Virus record (IMG/VR): IMGVR_UViG_2541047837_000002
Reading direction: 5' to 3' (one strand)
DNA: 17,927 nucleotides
Source of the DNA: a virus
Taxonomy: Duplodnaviria; Heunggongvirae; Uroviricota; Caudoviricetes
In this document: positions 8,221 through 16,826 of the stretch, piece after piece
Position numbering within the stretch: the first letter of the stretch is position 1
How the letters are laid out: the number at the start of each line of letters is the position of its first letter
Made by a program: the position numbers and the translations under genes
The notes under the pieces: generated by a model
The model's input: the letters and a program-made list of their open reading frames with translations, nothing else
The model's database searches: none
Told to the model about the DNA's origin: nothing

Positions 8221-11014
8221 TATCCGGGTCGCTTTCAGCGCCGTTGACAGGCTGACCCGACCTGCCGAAAACGCCCGCCGCCTGATGGGGCAGTTTGGTG
8301 ACTCCATCCAGCGAACGCAGGGGGCGATCAAAAATCTCGAGCGTCAGGCGCGATCATTTGAGCGCGCCCGCGACGCTGTCAGTAAAGCGGACGCGGGCAT
8401 CGTGAAAGCACGACGCCAGCTTAACGCCCTTAATCAGTTACAACGCACGGGTACAGTGCTCAGCGAAAAACAACAAAAGCTGATGCAGCAGTTAAGCACC
8501 CGGCTTGAACGCCTGAATGAATCGCGCACACGGGAAATTCAGAAAATGCGGGAGCTTGGCGGAGAACTGAAACGCCACGGCATTTCCCTGACAGGCAGCG
8601 ATAACACCATTCAGCAGGCCATCAGACGCACCGAACAGTACAACAACCAGCTTGAACGCGAACGGCAGGCGCTTGCGCGTGTAACGCGGGCGCGTGAGCG
8701 GTATTCGCGCGCGCAGGAAACCGCGGGAAAACTGAAAACAGGTGGTGCGCTGGCAATTGGTGCGGCAGCGGCGGGCGGCTATGCTGCCGGGCGTTTTTTG
8801 CAGCCTGCGATCGGGTTCGGCAAAGAGATGTCCCGCGTTCAGGCACTGACGCGAATCGACAAAAACAGCCCGCAGTTTAAGGCGCTGCGTGAGCAGGCGT
8901 TAAAACTGGGCTCTGAAACGCAGTTCACCGCAGGCGATGCCGCCAGTGGGCAGGCATTTCTTGCAATGGCTGGCTTTACACCACAGGCCATTCAGGCTGC
9001 GCTCCCTGGCGTACTGAGCATGGCAACGGCTGGCGGTATGGACCTCGGTGAGACGGCGGATATTGGCTCAAATATTCTGACGCAGTTCGGTCTTTCTGCT
9101 GACCAGATGGACCGGGTCGGCGACACACTCACCGCAGCGTTTACCCGTACCAACACTGACCTTCGCGCACTGGGTGAAACCATGAAATATGCAGGTCCGG
9201 TGGCGGGTAAGCTGGGAATATCGCTGGAGCAGGCCGCAGCGATGGCGGGCGTGCTGGCGAATATGGGTATCAGGGGGAGTGATGCTGGTACGGCAATGCG
9301 TGCCAGCCTGGCTCGTCTGGCATCACCGCCAAAGGCGGCAGCAGAGGCGCTGAAAGAGCTTGGCGTGTCTGTCTCGGATGCCGGGGGCAAAATGCGCCCG
9401 ATGGAGGATGTGCTGGCTGACCTTTATAAAGCTACCCGCAAATACGGGGAAGTTGACCGGGTATCGTTCTTTAAGGACATTGCCGGAGAAGAGGCTTTCA
9501 CATCATTTATGGCCCTCGTTGATGCGGCAGGTGACGGCTCCTTACCCAAACTGAGAAAAGAACTTGAAGGCGCGCGCGGTGAGGCTGAACGCACGGCAAA
9601 GGTTATGGCCAACAACCTTGACGGCGATCTGAAATCACTCAGCAGTGCATGGGAAGGGTTGCGCATCCGCATTGCAGATCTGATTGACGGTCCGCTGCGT
9701 TCTGTCACGCAGTGGCTCACGCGTGTGGTATCAAAGGTGACGGCGCTGGCGCAGGCCCATCCCGCACTGACGCGCCAGCTACTGATTGCAGGCGGTGCAC
9801 TGCTGGCAATGACTGCAACGGTTGGCTCGTTGTCGCTGGCTATTGGTGTGCTTGCTGGCCCGCTGGCAAAACTGCGTCTTGGTTTTTCCCTCCTGACCGG
9901 ATCAATGAATGCTGTCAGGGTTCTGCCAGCACTATGGGGAATGGTGACGGGTTCCGTTTCTTTACTGGGAGGCGCTATCGGGGCGTTGTTCAGTCCGGTT
10001 GGTCTTATCGTGGCTGCGCTTGCCGGAGCTGCCGTTCTTATCTGGAAATACTGGGATCCCATCAGGGCATTTTTTGCCGGGGTGTTCAGCGGGATTATGG
10101 AAAGGCTGACCCCGTTGCGCGAAACCTTTGAACGGTTTGGTCCTGTTTTTGACGCAATCGGGAGTGGGATCAGCCAGGTGTTTAACTGGTTTAAATCGCT
10201 GCTGTCACCGATGGAGTCCAGCAAGGAAACTCTGGATAAATGTACCAGTGCTGGCGAGATATTCGGTAACGTTCTTGGCGGTGCGTTACAGCTTGTTCTG
10301 ACACCTGCAAAAATGTTGCTGGATACGCTGGCGTGGATACTTGAAAAGCTTGGTGTGCTTCCGGATGAAGCGGAAAGGGCGCGCAAGAAAATCGAAGACG
10401 CACAGCGTGCGGCCATTCTTCAGGACAAGGTTGCCTTGCTTCAGGGGGACCTGGCGAAAATCAATCCGCCGAAGCCTGTGGAAAATGGCAATGGCACCGG
10501 AGGTGATAACCCCAAAGACAATAAACCGCTCACAGACAGCAATACCGGTACGCTGCGCAGACTCAGCAAAATTGCTGATAACACAGGTAAGCTGGTTGAG
10601 GAGACGAAAAAACGCATTGGCCCCGGCGATATTGTCTTTAAAAACCTGCCCCGAGCACTTGCTGTTCGTGGGGAGTGGCAGGAGCGGAAGATTGCGCAGG
10701 TCAGTAAGCCTGCCCCCGCAATTAATATCACACCCGTGGTCCCGGCTCCGCTGCCTCCGGCGCTGGTCCCTGTTGTTGCGGCCAGCTCCCGCCCGGTGGC
10801 GGAGGCTATACGATCTCCAGTGGCATCAGTTCCTGTAACTTCCCGTAACCGGGAGCCTGTTGCCTCCGGATTTGGTGGTGAAATTCATGTTCATCTGCAT
10901 AACGTTGTTACGCAGAATCCCCGCGAACTGGCGAAACTGGTCGGTGAAATGGTCAGGGCAGAAATGGAACGGCGCGCCCGTGCCGGGCGTGGCAGTTTTT
11001 ACGATAAAGATTGA
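8198..11014 (+). CDS. T: Tail tape-measure protein (P2 gpT-like)
   Basis: Ala/Gly-rich ORF of about 938 aa with a coiled-coil N-terminal part and internal hydrophobic segments, placed between E/E' and U. The start is uncertain between the ATGs at 8198 and 8207; the ORF track's 8171 is a non-ATG start. Confidence 0.88.
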   Translation: MQTMKTLDIRVAFSAVDRLTRPAENARRLMGQFGDSIQRTQGAIKNLERQARSFERARDAVSKADAGIVKARRQLNALNQLQRTGTVLSEKQQKLMQQLSTRLERLNESRTREIQKMRELGGELKRHGISLTGSDNTIQQAIRRTEQYNNQLERERQALARVTRARERYSRAQETAGKLKTGGALAIGAAAAGGYAAGRFLQPAIGFGKEMSRVQALTRIDKNSPQFKALREQALKLGSETQFTAGDAASGQAFLAMAGFTPQAIQAALPGVLSMATAGGMDLGETADIGSNILTQFGLSADQMDRVGDTLTAAFTRTNTDLRALGETMKYAGPVAGKLGISLEQAAAMAGVLANMGIRGSDAGTAMRASLARLASPPKAAAEALKELGVSVSDAGGKMRPMEDVLADLYKATRKYGEVDRVSFFKDIAGEEAFTSFMALVDAAGDGSLPKLRKELEGARGEAERTAKVMANNLDGDLKSLSSAWEGLRIRIADLIDGPLRSVTQWLTRVVSKVTALAQAHPALTRQLLIAGGALLAMTATVGSLSLAIGVLAGPLAKLRLGFSLLTGSMNAVRVLPALWGMVTGSVSLLGGAIGALFSPVGLIVAALAGAAVLIWKYWDPIRAFFAGVFSGIMERLTPLRETFERFGPVFDAIGSGISQVFNWFKSLLSPMESSKETLDKCTSAGEIFGNVLGGALQLVLTPAKMLLDTLAWILEKLGVLPDEAERARKKIEDAQRAAILQDKVALLQGDLAKINPPKPVENGNGTGGDNPKDNKPLTDSNTGTLRRLSKIADNTGKLVEETKKRIGPGDIVFKNLPRALAVRGEWQERKIAQVSKPAPAINITPVVPAPLPPALVPVVAASSRPVAEAIRSPVASVPVTSRNREPVASGFGGEIHVHLHNVVTQNPRELAKLVGEMVRAEMERRARAGRGSFYDKD

Positions 11015-11020
11015 GGAGTC

Positions 11021-11515
11021 ATGGCCATGATGATGATCTACGGCATGTTTGTTTTTGAGCTGCGCACGCTGCCGCATCAGCAGTTACAGCAAAACAAAAG
11101 CTGGCGGCATGTGAAAAATGAACGCGTTAACCGTTCAGCAAGCTGGCAGTATATCGGTGCAGGTGATGATCGCATCGTTCTTTCTGGTGTGCTTTATCCT
11201 GAAATTACAGGTGGCGAAGTGTCGCTGTCGCTGCTGACCACGCAGGCGTATACAGGACGACCCTGGCCTTTGATTGATGGCGTCGGGCAGATTTACGGCA
11301 TGTATGTCCTGACTGAAACGAATACGACCCGCTCCGAGTTTGATCGCTACGGTAAGGCGAAAAAGATAGAATTTTCACTGACTCTTGAACGCTGTGATGA
11401 GGATTTGCGGGAGCGCCTGCAATCCTCATCGTTCAGTGATATGCTGTCCGGCTTCAAAGATAAGGTGACATCATCTCTTAACAGCGCGGCCAGTTCAGTT
11501 AAAGGGCTGTTCTGA
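11021..11515 (+). CDS. U: Tail protein U (P2 gpU-like)
   Basis: 164-aa ORF (MAMMMIYGMFVFELRTLPHQ ... YPEITGG ... YGMYVLTE) resembling P2 gpU, directly after the tape-measure gene. Confidence 0.85.
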   Translation: MAMMMIYGMFVFELRTLPHQQLQQNKSWRHVKNERVNRSASWQYIGAGDDRIVLSGVLYPEITGGEVSLSLLTTQAYTGRPWPLIDGVGQIYGMYVLTETNTTRSEFDRYGKAKKIEFSLTLERCDEDLRERLQSSSFSDMLSGFKDKVTSSLNSAASSVKGLF

Positions 11516-11526
11516 TTTAACACAAA

Positions 11527-11556
11527 AACCGCTAATGGTCAGATTAGCGGTTTTCA
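11527..11556. terminator. Bidirectional intrinsic terminator between U (+) and the invertase gene (-)
   Basis: Stem aaccgctaat / attagcggtt (11527-11536 and 11543-11552) with loop ggtcag, flanked by T-runs on both strands (ttttcatttt downstream on plus; ttttgtgtt on minus). Confidence 0.6.
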
Positions 11557-12143
11557 TTTTCCTGAGTCTGCCCGGTTGTTTCTTCAGTCTGTATATCGCC
11601 TACAGGGTGATAACGATAAATCGTCGATGTGCCAATGCCGTAAATTATTGCCAGTTGTTTTCTGTCGTGCCCGTTTTTGATTAGCCTTGCTATTTGCTCA
11701 TGCTGTTCTTTTGTCAGCTTCGGTCGACGTCCGCCTGTGCGCCCCCTTGCGCGCGCTGCCGCCAGCCCGGCCAGTGTACGTTCAACAATTAATTCACGTT
11801 CCATTTCAGCCAGGGCACCCATCACGTGGAAGAAAAAACGCCCCATTGGAGAAGATGTGTCTATGCTGTCGGTCAGACTGCGAAAATTAATCCCTCGCTC
11901 CCGTAGTTCCCCGACGAGAGAAATCAGATGTTTCATGCTTCGCCCGAGGCGATCCAGTTTCCAGACAACCAGCGTGTCACCTTTTTGAAGGCGCTTTAAA
12001 GCGCGTTTTAATCCCGGTCGGTCTGTCTTTGTCCCGCTTAATTTATCTTCAAATATTTGTTCACATCCTGCACAAACAAGAGCGTTTCGTTGCAGGTCTG
12101 TATTCTGGTCATTTGTTGATACCCTTACATAGCCAATCAGCAC
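11544..12143 (-). CDS. Serine-recombinase DNA invertase (Hin/Gin/Cin/Pin family)
   Basis: The N-terminus LIGYVRVSTNDQNTDLQ carries the catalytic-Ser motif of the resolvase/invertase family, and a C-terminal HTH-like region (LAIIYGIGTSTIYRY) follows. The likely start is the GTG at 12143, preceded by AGGAGA; the ORF track's 12161 is a TTG further upstream. Confidence 0.85.
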   Translation of the reverse strand: MLIGYVRVSTNDQNTDLQRNALVCAGCEQIFEDKLSGTKTDRPGLKRALKRLQKGDTLVVWKLDRLGRSMKHLISLVGELRERGINFRSLTDSIDTSSPMGRFFFHVMGALAEMERELIVERTLAGLAAARARGRTGGRRPKLTKEQHEQIARLIKNGHDRKQLAIIYGIGTSTIYRYHPVGDIQTEETTGQTQENENR

Positions 12144-12197
12144 ACTGAATCTCCTGTCCAAAAGCGCAAATCATGCCATGCAGGCCAGAAACGGCCA

Positions 12198-12223
12198 TTA
12201 TTTAAAACCTCGGTTTACAGGAA
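12198..12223. other. Invertase crossover site, gix/hix-like 26-bp (left boundary of invertible segment)
   Basis: ttatttaaaacc-tc-ggtttacaggaa has imperfect dyad symmetry with half-sites TTATTTAAAACC and TTCCTGTAAACC around a 2-bp core. It matches the reverse complement of the site at 14876-14901 at 21 of 26 positions. Confidence 0.75.
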
Positions 12224-13084
12224 ACGGTAAACAGGGCTGGTAACGCCGTGCAAAAAAATGGCGATACCTTGTCCGGTGGGCTTACTTTTGAAAATGACTC
12301 AATCCTTGCCTGGATTCGAAATACTGACTGGGCGAAGATTGGATTTAAAAATGATGCCGATGGTGACACTGATTCATACATGTGGTTTGAAACAGGCGAC
12401 AACGGCAATGAATATTTCAAATGGAGAAGCCGCCAGAGCACCACAACAAAAGACCTGATGACGCTGAAATGGGATGCACTAAATATTCTTGTTAATGCTG
12501 TCATTAATGGCAGTCTTGGAGTTGGTTCGACGAATGCGTTAGGTGGTAGCTCTATTGTTCTTGGTGATAATGACACCGGATTTAAACAGAATGGAGACGG
12601 TATTCTGGATGTTTATGCTAATAGTCAGCGTGTATTCCGCTTTCAGAATGGAGTGGCTATTGCTTTTAAAAATATTCAGGCCGGGGATGGTAAAAAATTC
12701 ACGCTATCCAGCTCCAACAACTCCACAAAGAATGCAACGTTTAATTTATGGGGTGCTTCAACCCGTCCAGTAGTTGCAGAGTTAGGCGATGAGGCAGGAT
12801 GGCATTTCTATAGCCAGCGAAATACAGATAACTCGGTAATATTTTCTGTTAACGGTCAGATACAGCCCAGCAACTGGGGGAATTTTGATTCACGCTATGT
12901 AAAAGATGTTCGCCTGGGTACGCGTGTTGTTCAATTGATGGCGCGTGGTGGTCGTTATGAAAAAGCCGGACACGCAATTACCGGATTAAGAATCATTGGT
13001 GAAGTAGATGGCGATGATGAAGCCATCTTCAGACCAATACAAAAATACATCAATGGCACATGGTATAACGTCGCACAGGTGTAA
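12212..13084 (+). CDS. Silent alternative tail-fibre C-terminal (host-range) cassette Sv', promoterless in this orientation
   Basis: The reading frame is open from the crossover core (GLQETVNRAGNAVQKNGDTLSGGL...) and ends with INGTWYNVAQV, parallel to the expressed fibre C-terminus ...INGTWYNAGSI. The ORF track begins it at the GTG at 12248. Confidence 0.75.
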   Translation, partial: GLQETVNRAGNAVQKNGDTLSGGLTFENDSILAWIRNTDWAKIGFKNDADGDTDSYMWFETGDNGNEYFKWRSRQSTTTKDLMTLKWDALNILVNAVINGSLGVGSTNALGGSSIVLGDNDTGFKQNGDGILDVYANSQRVFRFQNGVAIAFKNIQAGDGKKFTLSSSNNSTKNATFNLWGASTRPVVAELGDEAGWHFYSQRNTDNSVIFSVNGQIQPSNWGNFDSRYVKDVRLGTRVVQLMARGGRYEKAGHAITGLRIIGEVDGDDEAIFRPIQKYINGTWYNVAQV

Positions 13085-13087
13085 ATT

Positions 13088-13615
13088 ATGCAGCATTTAA
13101 AAAATATTAAGTCCGGAAATCCAAAAACAAAAGAACAATATCAGCTAACAAAAAATTTTGATGTTATCTGGTTATGGTCCGAAGACGGTAAAAACTGGTA
13201 TGAGGAAGTAAATAACTTTCAGGACGACACCATAAAGATTGTATACGACGAAAATAATATTATTGTTGCCATAACCAAAGATGCCTCAACACTTAATCCC
13301 GAAGGCTTTAGCGTCGTTGAGATTCCCGATATAACAGCCAATCGTCGTGCCGATGATTCAGGGAAGTGGGTGTTTAAGGACGGAACTGTGGTTAAGCGGA
13401 TTTATACAGCAGACGAACAGCAACAACAGGCCGAATCACAAAAGGCCGCGTTACTTTCAGAAGCTGAATCAGTCATCCAGCTTCTGGAACGTGCTGTCAG
13501 GCTGAATATGGCAACAGATGAGGAACGTACACGACTGGAAGCCTGGGAACGCTACAGCGTTCTGGTCAGCCGCGTGGATACGGCAAAGCCAGAATGGCCA
13601 CAAAAACCAGAGTAA
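13088..13615 (+). CDS. Tail-fibre assembly chaperone (silent copy, Tfa/gpG-like)
   Basis: 175-aa ORF paralogous to the minus-strand chaperone at 13644-14177 (shared [19 protein letters not shown] and [17 protein letters not shown] blocks). Confidence 0.8.
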   Translation: MQHLKNIKSGNPKTKEQYQLTKNFDVIWLWSEDGKNWYEEVNNFQDDTIKIVYDENNIIVAITKDASTLNPEGFSVVEIPDITANRRADDSGKWVFKDGTVVKRIYTADEQQQQAESQKAALLSEAESVIQLLERAVRLNMATDEERTRLEAWERYSVLVSRVDTAKPEWPQKPE

Positions 13616-13620
13616 AAATT

Positions 13621-13640
13621 AAGGCCCGATATCGGGCCTT
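13621..13640. terminator. Palindromic bidirectional terminator at the centre of the invertible segment
   Basis: 20-bp perfect palindrome aaggcccgatatcgggcctt between the two convergent chaperone genes, followed on the minus strand by a U-run (aattttt). Confidence 0.55.
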
Positions 13641-13643
13641 CTC

Positions 13644-14177
13644 TCATTCTGGTTGTTCGGGAAACGTTACTGGCAGGCTGGAGGTGTCTGTAGATTCGAC
13701 TTTCTGCGCAAAGAGCATCCACTCGGTTAATTTCTGCTTATTCTCGTCGGAAATGATGCCCAGCCGTAGCTGTGAGTCCCATAGCTGGGTTTTATCCCTG
13801 ACAAGTTGCAACAGGCTTTGCTTTTCATTTTCCGCTTGTTGTCTCTGCTCTTCCTCGGTATAAGTTCGCTTTATCACTACGCCATCTTTGAACATCCATT
13901 TCCCCGAAATATCAGCCCGGCGATTTGCTGTAATATCAGGTAATTCAACGACGCTTGCGCCTTCCGGATTAATTGCTGAAACATCCTTTTCAATACAAAT
14001 AATAACGCCGTTATGGTCATAGACCATTTTCAAAGTGTCTGGCTGGAAATTCTTTTGTTCCTCATACCAGTTTTTTCCATCATCTGAATAAAGCCATTTG
14101 ATGTTAAATTGCTTTGTTAGCTGATATTGCTCTTTTGTTTTAGGGTTGCCAGCAGTAATGTTTTTTAAGTGCATCAT
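13644..14177 (-). CDS. Tail-fibre assembly chaperone (expressed orientation, Tfa/gpG-like)
   Basis: 177-aa ORF directly downstream of the tail-fibre gene with a 4-nt overlap. Paralogue of 13088-13615. Confidence 0.85.
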   Translation of the reverse strand: MMHLKNITAGNPKTKEQYQLTKQFNIKWLYSDDGKNWYEEQKNFQPDTLKMVYDHNGVIICIEKDVSAINPEGASVVELPDITANRRADISGKWMFKDGVVIKRTYTEEEQRQQAENEKQSLLQLVRDKTQLWDSQLRLGIISDENKQKLTEWMLFAQKVESTDTSSLPVTFPEQPE

Positions 14178-14179
14178 CG

Positions 14180-16165
14180 TTAAATACTCCCCGCGTTATA
14201 CCACGTCCCATTAATGCAATACTGAATTGGCCTTGCCTGTGTTGTATCAATTAATTCATCACGGTTTCCGTTAACTGAACCCGTAACGACATAACCTGAC
14301 CTGTCAGACCAGCCGGGACCATTCCATGTCTGAACAGATGACAGACCGCCAAGGCGAATACCTGTAATAAACCTTGAGTTACATTCTGCCTGCGTATATG
14401 CACCAACATCTCCCGCTGAAGGTTTTCGTGTCGTGGTATAGAAATCTGACCAACCTAATTCAAACCCATAACCATCACGAGCCGACCTGTAGGAAATGCC
14501 ACCATTTTTATAATTCACACGGAATTGTACGGCAGGACAGCTACCAGCATTTATATTAAAGTGAAGAATTAATACAGATGCACCACCAATCAGGGCGTTA
14601 TATGCACCACTATCCCAATTCCATCCAACGGATGTATCACCATTAACAGTATTACCTGTTTGTCGGAGTGCAAATGCATTGACATTTTTGGCACTAATTG
14701 AAATATCGCTAGAACCATCAAAACCAACTCCAGCAATTTTTCGTGCTGTTTTCAGCTTTGTTGCAGTAGCGGCATTGCCGGACAGTTCCCCAGAAAGGCC
14801 ACCGCTGAATGTTTGTCGATTGGTCCAGGTATTCGCTGTACTGAGTAACGGTATTTTCTCCCCGCTTGTGCCGAGTTCTCGTAAACCGAGGTATTCGATA
14901 ACGGCGGCAACGGTCGATTTCGCAAGAATATCCCGCCCGACTTTTGTCAGGGTTGCCAGGCTGGCGACATCATTCCCCGTAAAATACGGAAACTTGTCTG
15001 CCGCAGTAGCAAGCCCGGCCAGCGCCGTCAGGGTGGCATCTTTCGGTTGCTTACCCGCAAGCGCGTTAGTCATGGTGGTCGCAAAATTCGGGTCGTTTCC
15101 CAGCGCCGCCGCTAACTCGTTCAGCGTATTCAGTGCGTCAGGTGACGAATCTACAAGGGCGGCAATCGCAGCCATAACGAAAGCCGTGCTTGCGATTTGG
15201 GTATTATTCGTTCCCTGTCGCGCAGTTGGCGTTGTTGGCGTTCCGGTCAACGCAGGACTGTTTAAGGGCGCTTTCTTGTTCGTTTCATCCATTACCGCCT
15301 TAACCGCTTTCGATGTCGCGGCCAGTGTTTCAGACGTGCTGTTGGTGGCACTACTGAGCTGGACTATCCCTTTTTGTGCCGTCGTAGCGTCTTGAGCGGT
15401 ATATTTTGCGTTAGCAAGGTCATACGCGGCCTTTACTGCTTTCGGCGTTGCAGCCTGCGTTTCAGACGTGCTGTTGGTGGCGCTACTGAGCTGGACAAGG
15501 CCTTTTCGCGTCGTGCTGGCATCCTGCGCAGTATATTTACCGTTAGCAAGATCATACGCGGCCTTTACTGCTTTCGGCGTTGCAGCCTGCGTTTCAGACA
15601 CGCTGTTAGTGGCGCTACTGAGTTGAACAAAGCCTTTTGCGGTCAGAGAGGCGTCCGGGTGACGTCGTGACTGTTCATGCTCTTTCAGTTTGTCATCCAC
15701 GTAATCCACTGTGGCCATCACCATGGTGTTATCCACGGTAAGCGCCACGGTGGCAGTGCTGGATACGGTCAGAATGGTGCGAAATGTTTGTGCACGTCCG
15801 GACCCTTCGGCAACGGCTGGCTTGTAACTTTCGGCAGTATTTCCCACCGCGATTAAATCGCCGTGCTCATCAAATACACCAATTTCCCGGATCCAGAATC
15901 CGCCCGTTTCAGGAGGAATAACCAGCTCCGCAATAATGCGGTTCTGATGTGTTGCGTCCAGGATGACGCGATTAACAGTATGTCGCCACACCTCATGCAC
16001 CAGACGGGTCTGCTTACTGTCTGGTGTGGGCAACGTGCCGCCACCGTCGCCCACGGCCATATGAGTCAGGCGGACAGGCTTACCATCTGGCGCGGCTGCC
16101 TGCGCTAATTTTTTGGCACCCGTATCGGTGATAACGGTTTTAAATTTACGTGTTGTGGTACTCAT
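14180..16165 (-). CDS. H: Tail fibre protein (P2 gpH-like constant N-terminal part fused to a variable C-terminal domain)
   Basis: 661-aa ORF. The N-terminus (MAVGDGGG, HEVWRH, IIAELVIPPE.GGFW, AESYKP) and central region (GIVQLSSATNSTSETLAAT ... ALNTLNELAAALGNDP.FATTMTNALAGKQPK) resemble P2 H as I recall it. Resemblance to P2 H ends at IEYLG, which is where the crossover site lies. Confidence 0.9.
   Translation of the reverse strand: MSTTTRKFKTVITDTGAKKLAQAAAPDGKPVRLTHMAVGDGGGTLPTPDSKQTRLVHEVWRHTVNRVILDATHQNRIIAELVIPPETGGFWIREIGVFDEHGDLIAVGNTAESYKPAVAEGSGRAQTFRTILTVSSTATVALTVDNTMVMATVDYVDDKLKEHEQSRRHPDASLTAKGFVQLSSATNSVSETQAATPKAVKAAYDLANGKYTAQDASTTRKGLVQLSSATNSTSETQAATPKAVKAAYDLANAKYTAQDATTAQKGIVQLSSATNSTSETLAATSKAVKAVMDETNKKAPLNSPALTGTPTTPTARQGTNNTQIASTAFVMAAIAALVDSSPDALNTLNELAAALGNDPNFATTMTNALAGKQPKDATLTALAGLATAADKFPYFTGNDVASLATLTKVGRDILAKSTVAAVIEYLGLRELGTSGEKIPLLSTANTWTNRQTFSGGLSGELSGNAATATKLKTARKIAGVGFDGSSDISISAKNVNAFALRQTGNTVNGDTSVGWNWDSGAYNALIGGASVLILHFNINAGSCPAVQFRVNYKNGGISYRSARDGYGFELGWSDFYTTTRKPSAGDVGAYTQAECNSRFITGIRLGGLSSVQTWNGPGWSDRSGYVVTGSVNGNRDELIDTTQARPIQYCINGTWYNAGSI
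14876..14901. other. Invertase crossover site, gix/hix-like 26-bp (right boundary, inside the tail-fibre gene)
   Basis: ttctcgtaaacc-ga-ggtattcgataa, inverted relative to 12198-12223 with the same 2-bp core. It encodes IEYLGLRE in the fibre frame, and the left site gives NLGLQE in the same frame, so the frame is preserved on inversion. Confidence 0.75.
15266..15640. repeat. Tandem repeats of about 132 bp (about 2.8 copies) within the tail-fibre gene
   Basis: DNA blocks gcctttactgctttcggcgttgcagcctgcgtttcagac and gtttcagacgtgctgttggtggc recur at about 132-bp spacing. They encode three 44-aa repeats (VQLSSATNS.SET.AAT.KAVKA ... YTAQDA.T..KG). Confidence 0.7.
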
Positions 16166-16167
16166 GC

Positions 16168-16611
16168 TTAATCGTCCGGATAAATGGTAATGACTTCACC
16201 GTCGTAAGTTGCTGCCGCCGCGAAAATATCTCCCGGGATCTCCTGAATGATATTCAGCCCTGTCATGTGGCGGCTGACCGGGCGGGCATCAGCAATCAAC
16301 CGCTCCATTTCCAGATACATTTCCTCCGTCACGCCACTGTCCAGCGTGCCCACTTCAACGGTAAATGTTCCCGGTTCTCCGCCGAACTCCCACCACTCAG
16401 ACACACGAATGAGGTATCCCAGCGGCTCAATGGCCCGGCGCAGTGCGCTGATGGTTCCCTTGTGTCGGTGTACCAGCCATGCATCACGAATCACCTGTCG
16501 TTTTGTCTCTTCCGGCCAGTTGCGATCCCAGCGGTCAACGGAAAATGCCCAGGCGAGATAAGGCAGCAGGTGCACCGGGCAGGTGTCCGGCGACCACAGC
16601 GTGTTGAGGTC
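16168..16611 (-). pseudogene. I: Truncated baseplate protein gpI (C-terminal part only, N-terminus deleted)
   Basis: The translation LWSPDTCPVHLLPYLAWAFSVDRWD ... EMERLIADA ... ATYDGEVITIYP matches the C-terminal two-thirds of P2 gpI. The frame has no proper start and hits an in-frame stop at 16615-16617. Confidence 0.75.
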
Positions 16612-16625
16612 TAACTAACTATGAG

Positions 16626-16826
16626 GTGAGGGGGAAGCAAGTAACAGAGGGTGCCTTACTTAAGGTTACGAAACACCCTAAATTTAAGAAGTATGCTTAT
16701 TGGTTATCAACAGATGAAACGATGCCGGAGGTCGGGCAAATTTCTCCGGCTCTCTCTCTTGATGGTTCCTGCAATTCGGAGGGAGATCGCGTTTCAACCG
16801 AAACAATCCAAAAATTATCCCGCTGA
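16626..16826 (+). pseudogene. Probable C-terminal fragment of a P2 C-type immunity repressor
   Basis: Sits directly upstream of int and co-directional, where C lies in P2. The block FKKYAYWLSTDETMPEVGQISPALSLDG resembles the C-terminal region of P2 C as I remember it. N-terminal HTH part is absent. Low certainty. Confidence 0.45.

Larger units (their letters stand above)
12211..14888. mobile_element. Site-specific invertible DNA segment (Mu G / P1 C / e14 P-segment type) carrying alternative tail-fibre C-termini and chaperones
   Basis: Bounded by two inverted 26-bp crossover sites with an adjacent invertase gene. Contains two convergent cassettes (Sv'-tfa' on plus, Sv-tfa on minus) separated by a palindromic terminator. 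Confidence 0.7.

Noticed and set aside
8622-10731. Several long minus-strand ORFs (8622-8846, 8992-9390, 9424-10416, 10441-10731) and plus-strand ORFs in other frames inside the tape-measure gene
   Set aside because: All are nested within the GC-rich tape-measure coding region and have Ala/Arg/Pro/Ser-rich low-complexity translations without starts preceded by an RBS. These are typical antisense artefacts of high-GC coding DNA.
14355-14385. gix-like sequence (cctgtaataaaccttgagtt) inside the variable fibre domain that could have been a third crossover site
   Set aside because: It has a 3-nt insertion relative to the 12+2+12 site geometry and mismatches in the core, and it lies within the variable cassette rather than at the constant/variable junction. 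Probably a fortuitous or decayed site.
5940-16165. Possibility that the retained tail module is a functional tailocin (R-type bacteriocin)
   Set aside because: No baseplate V/W/J genes, gpI is truncated, no lysis cassette is in the window, and the tail block is inverted relative to D. A contractile particle cannot be built from what is present.
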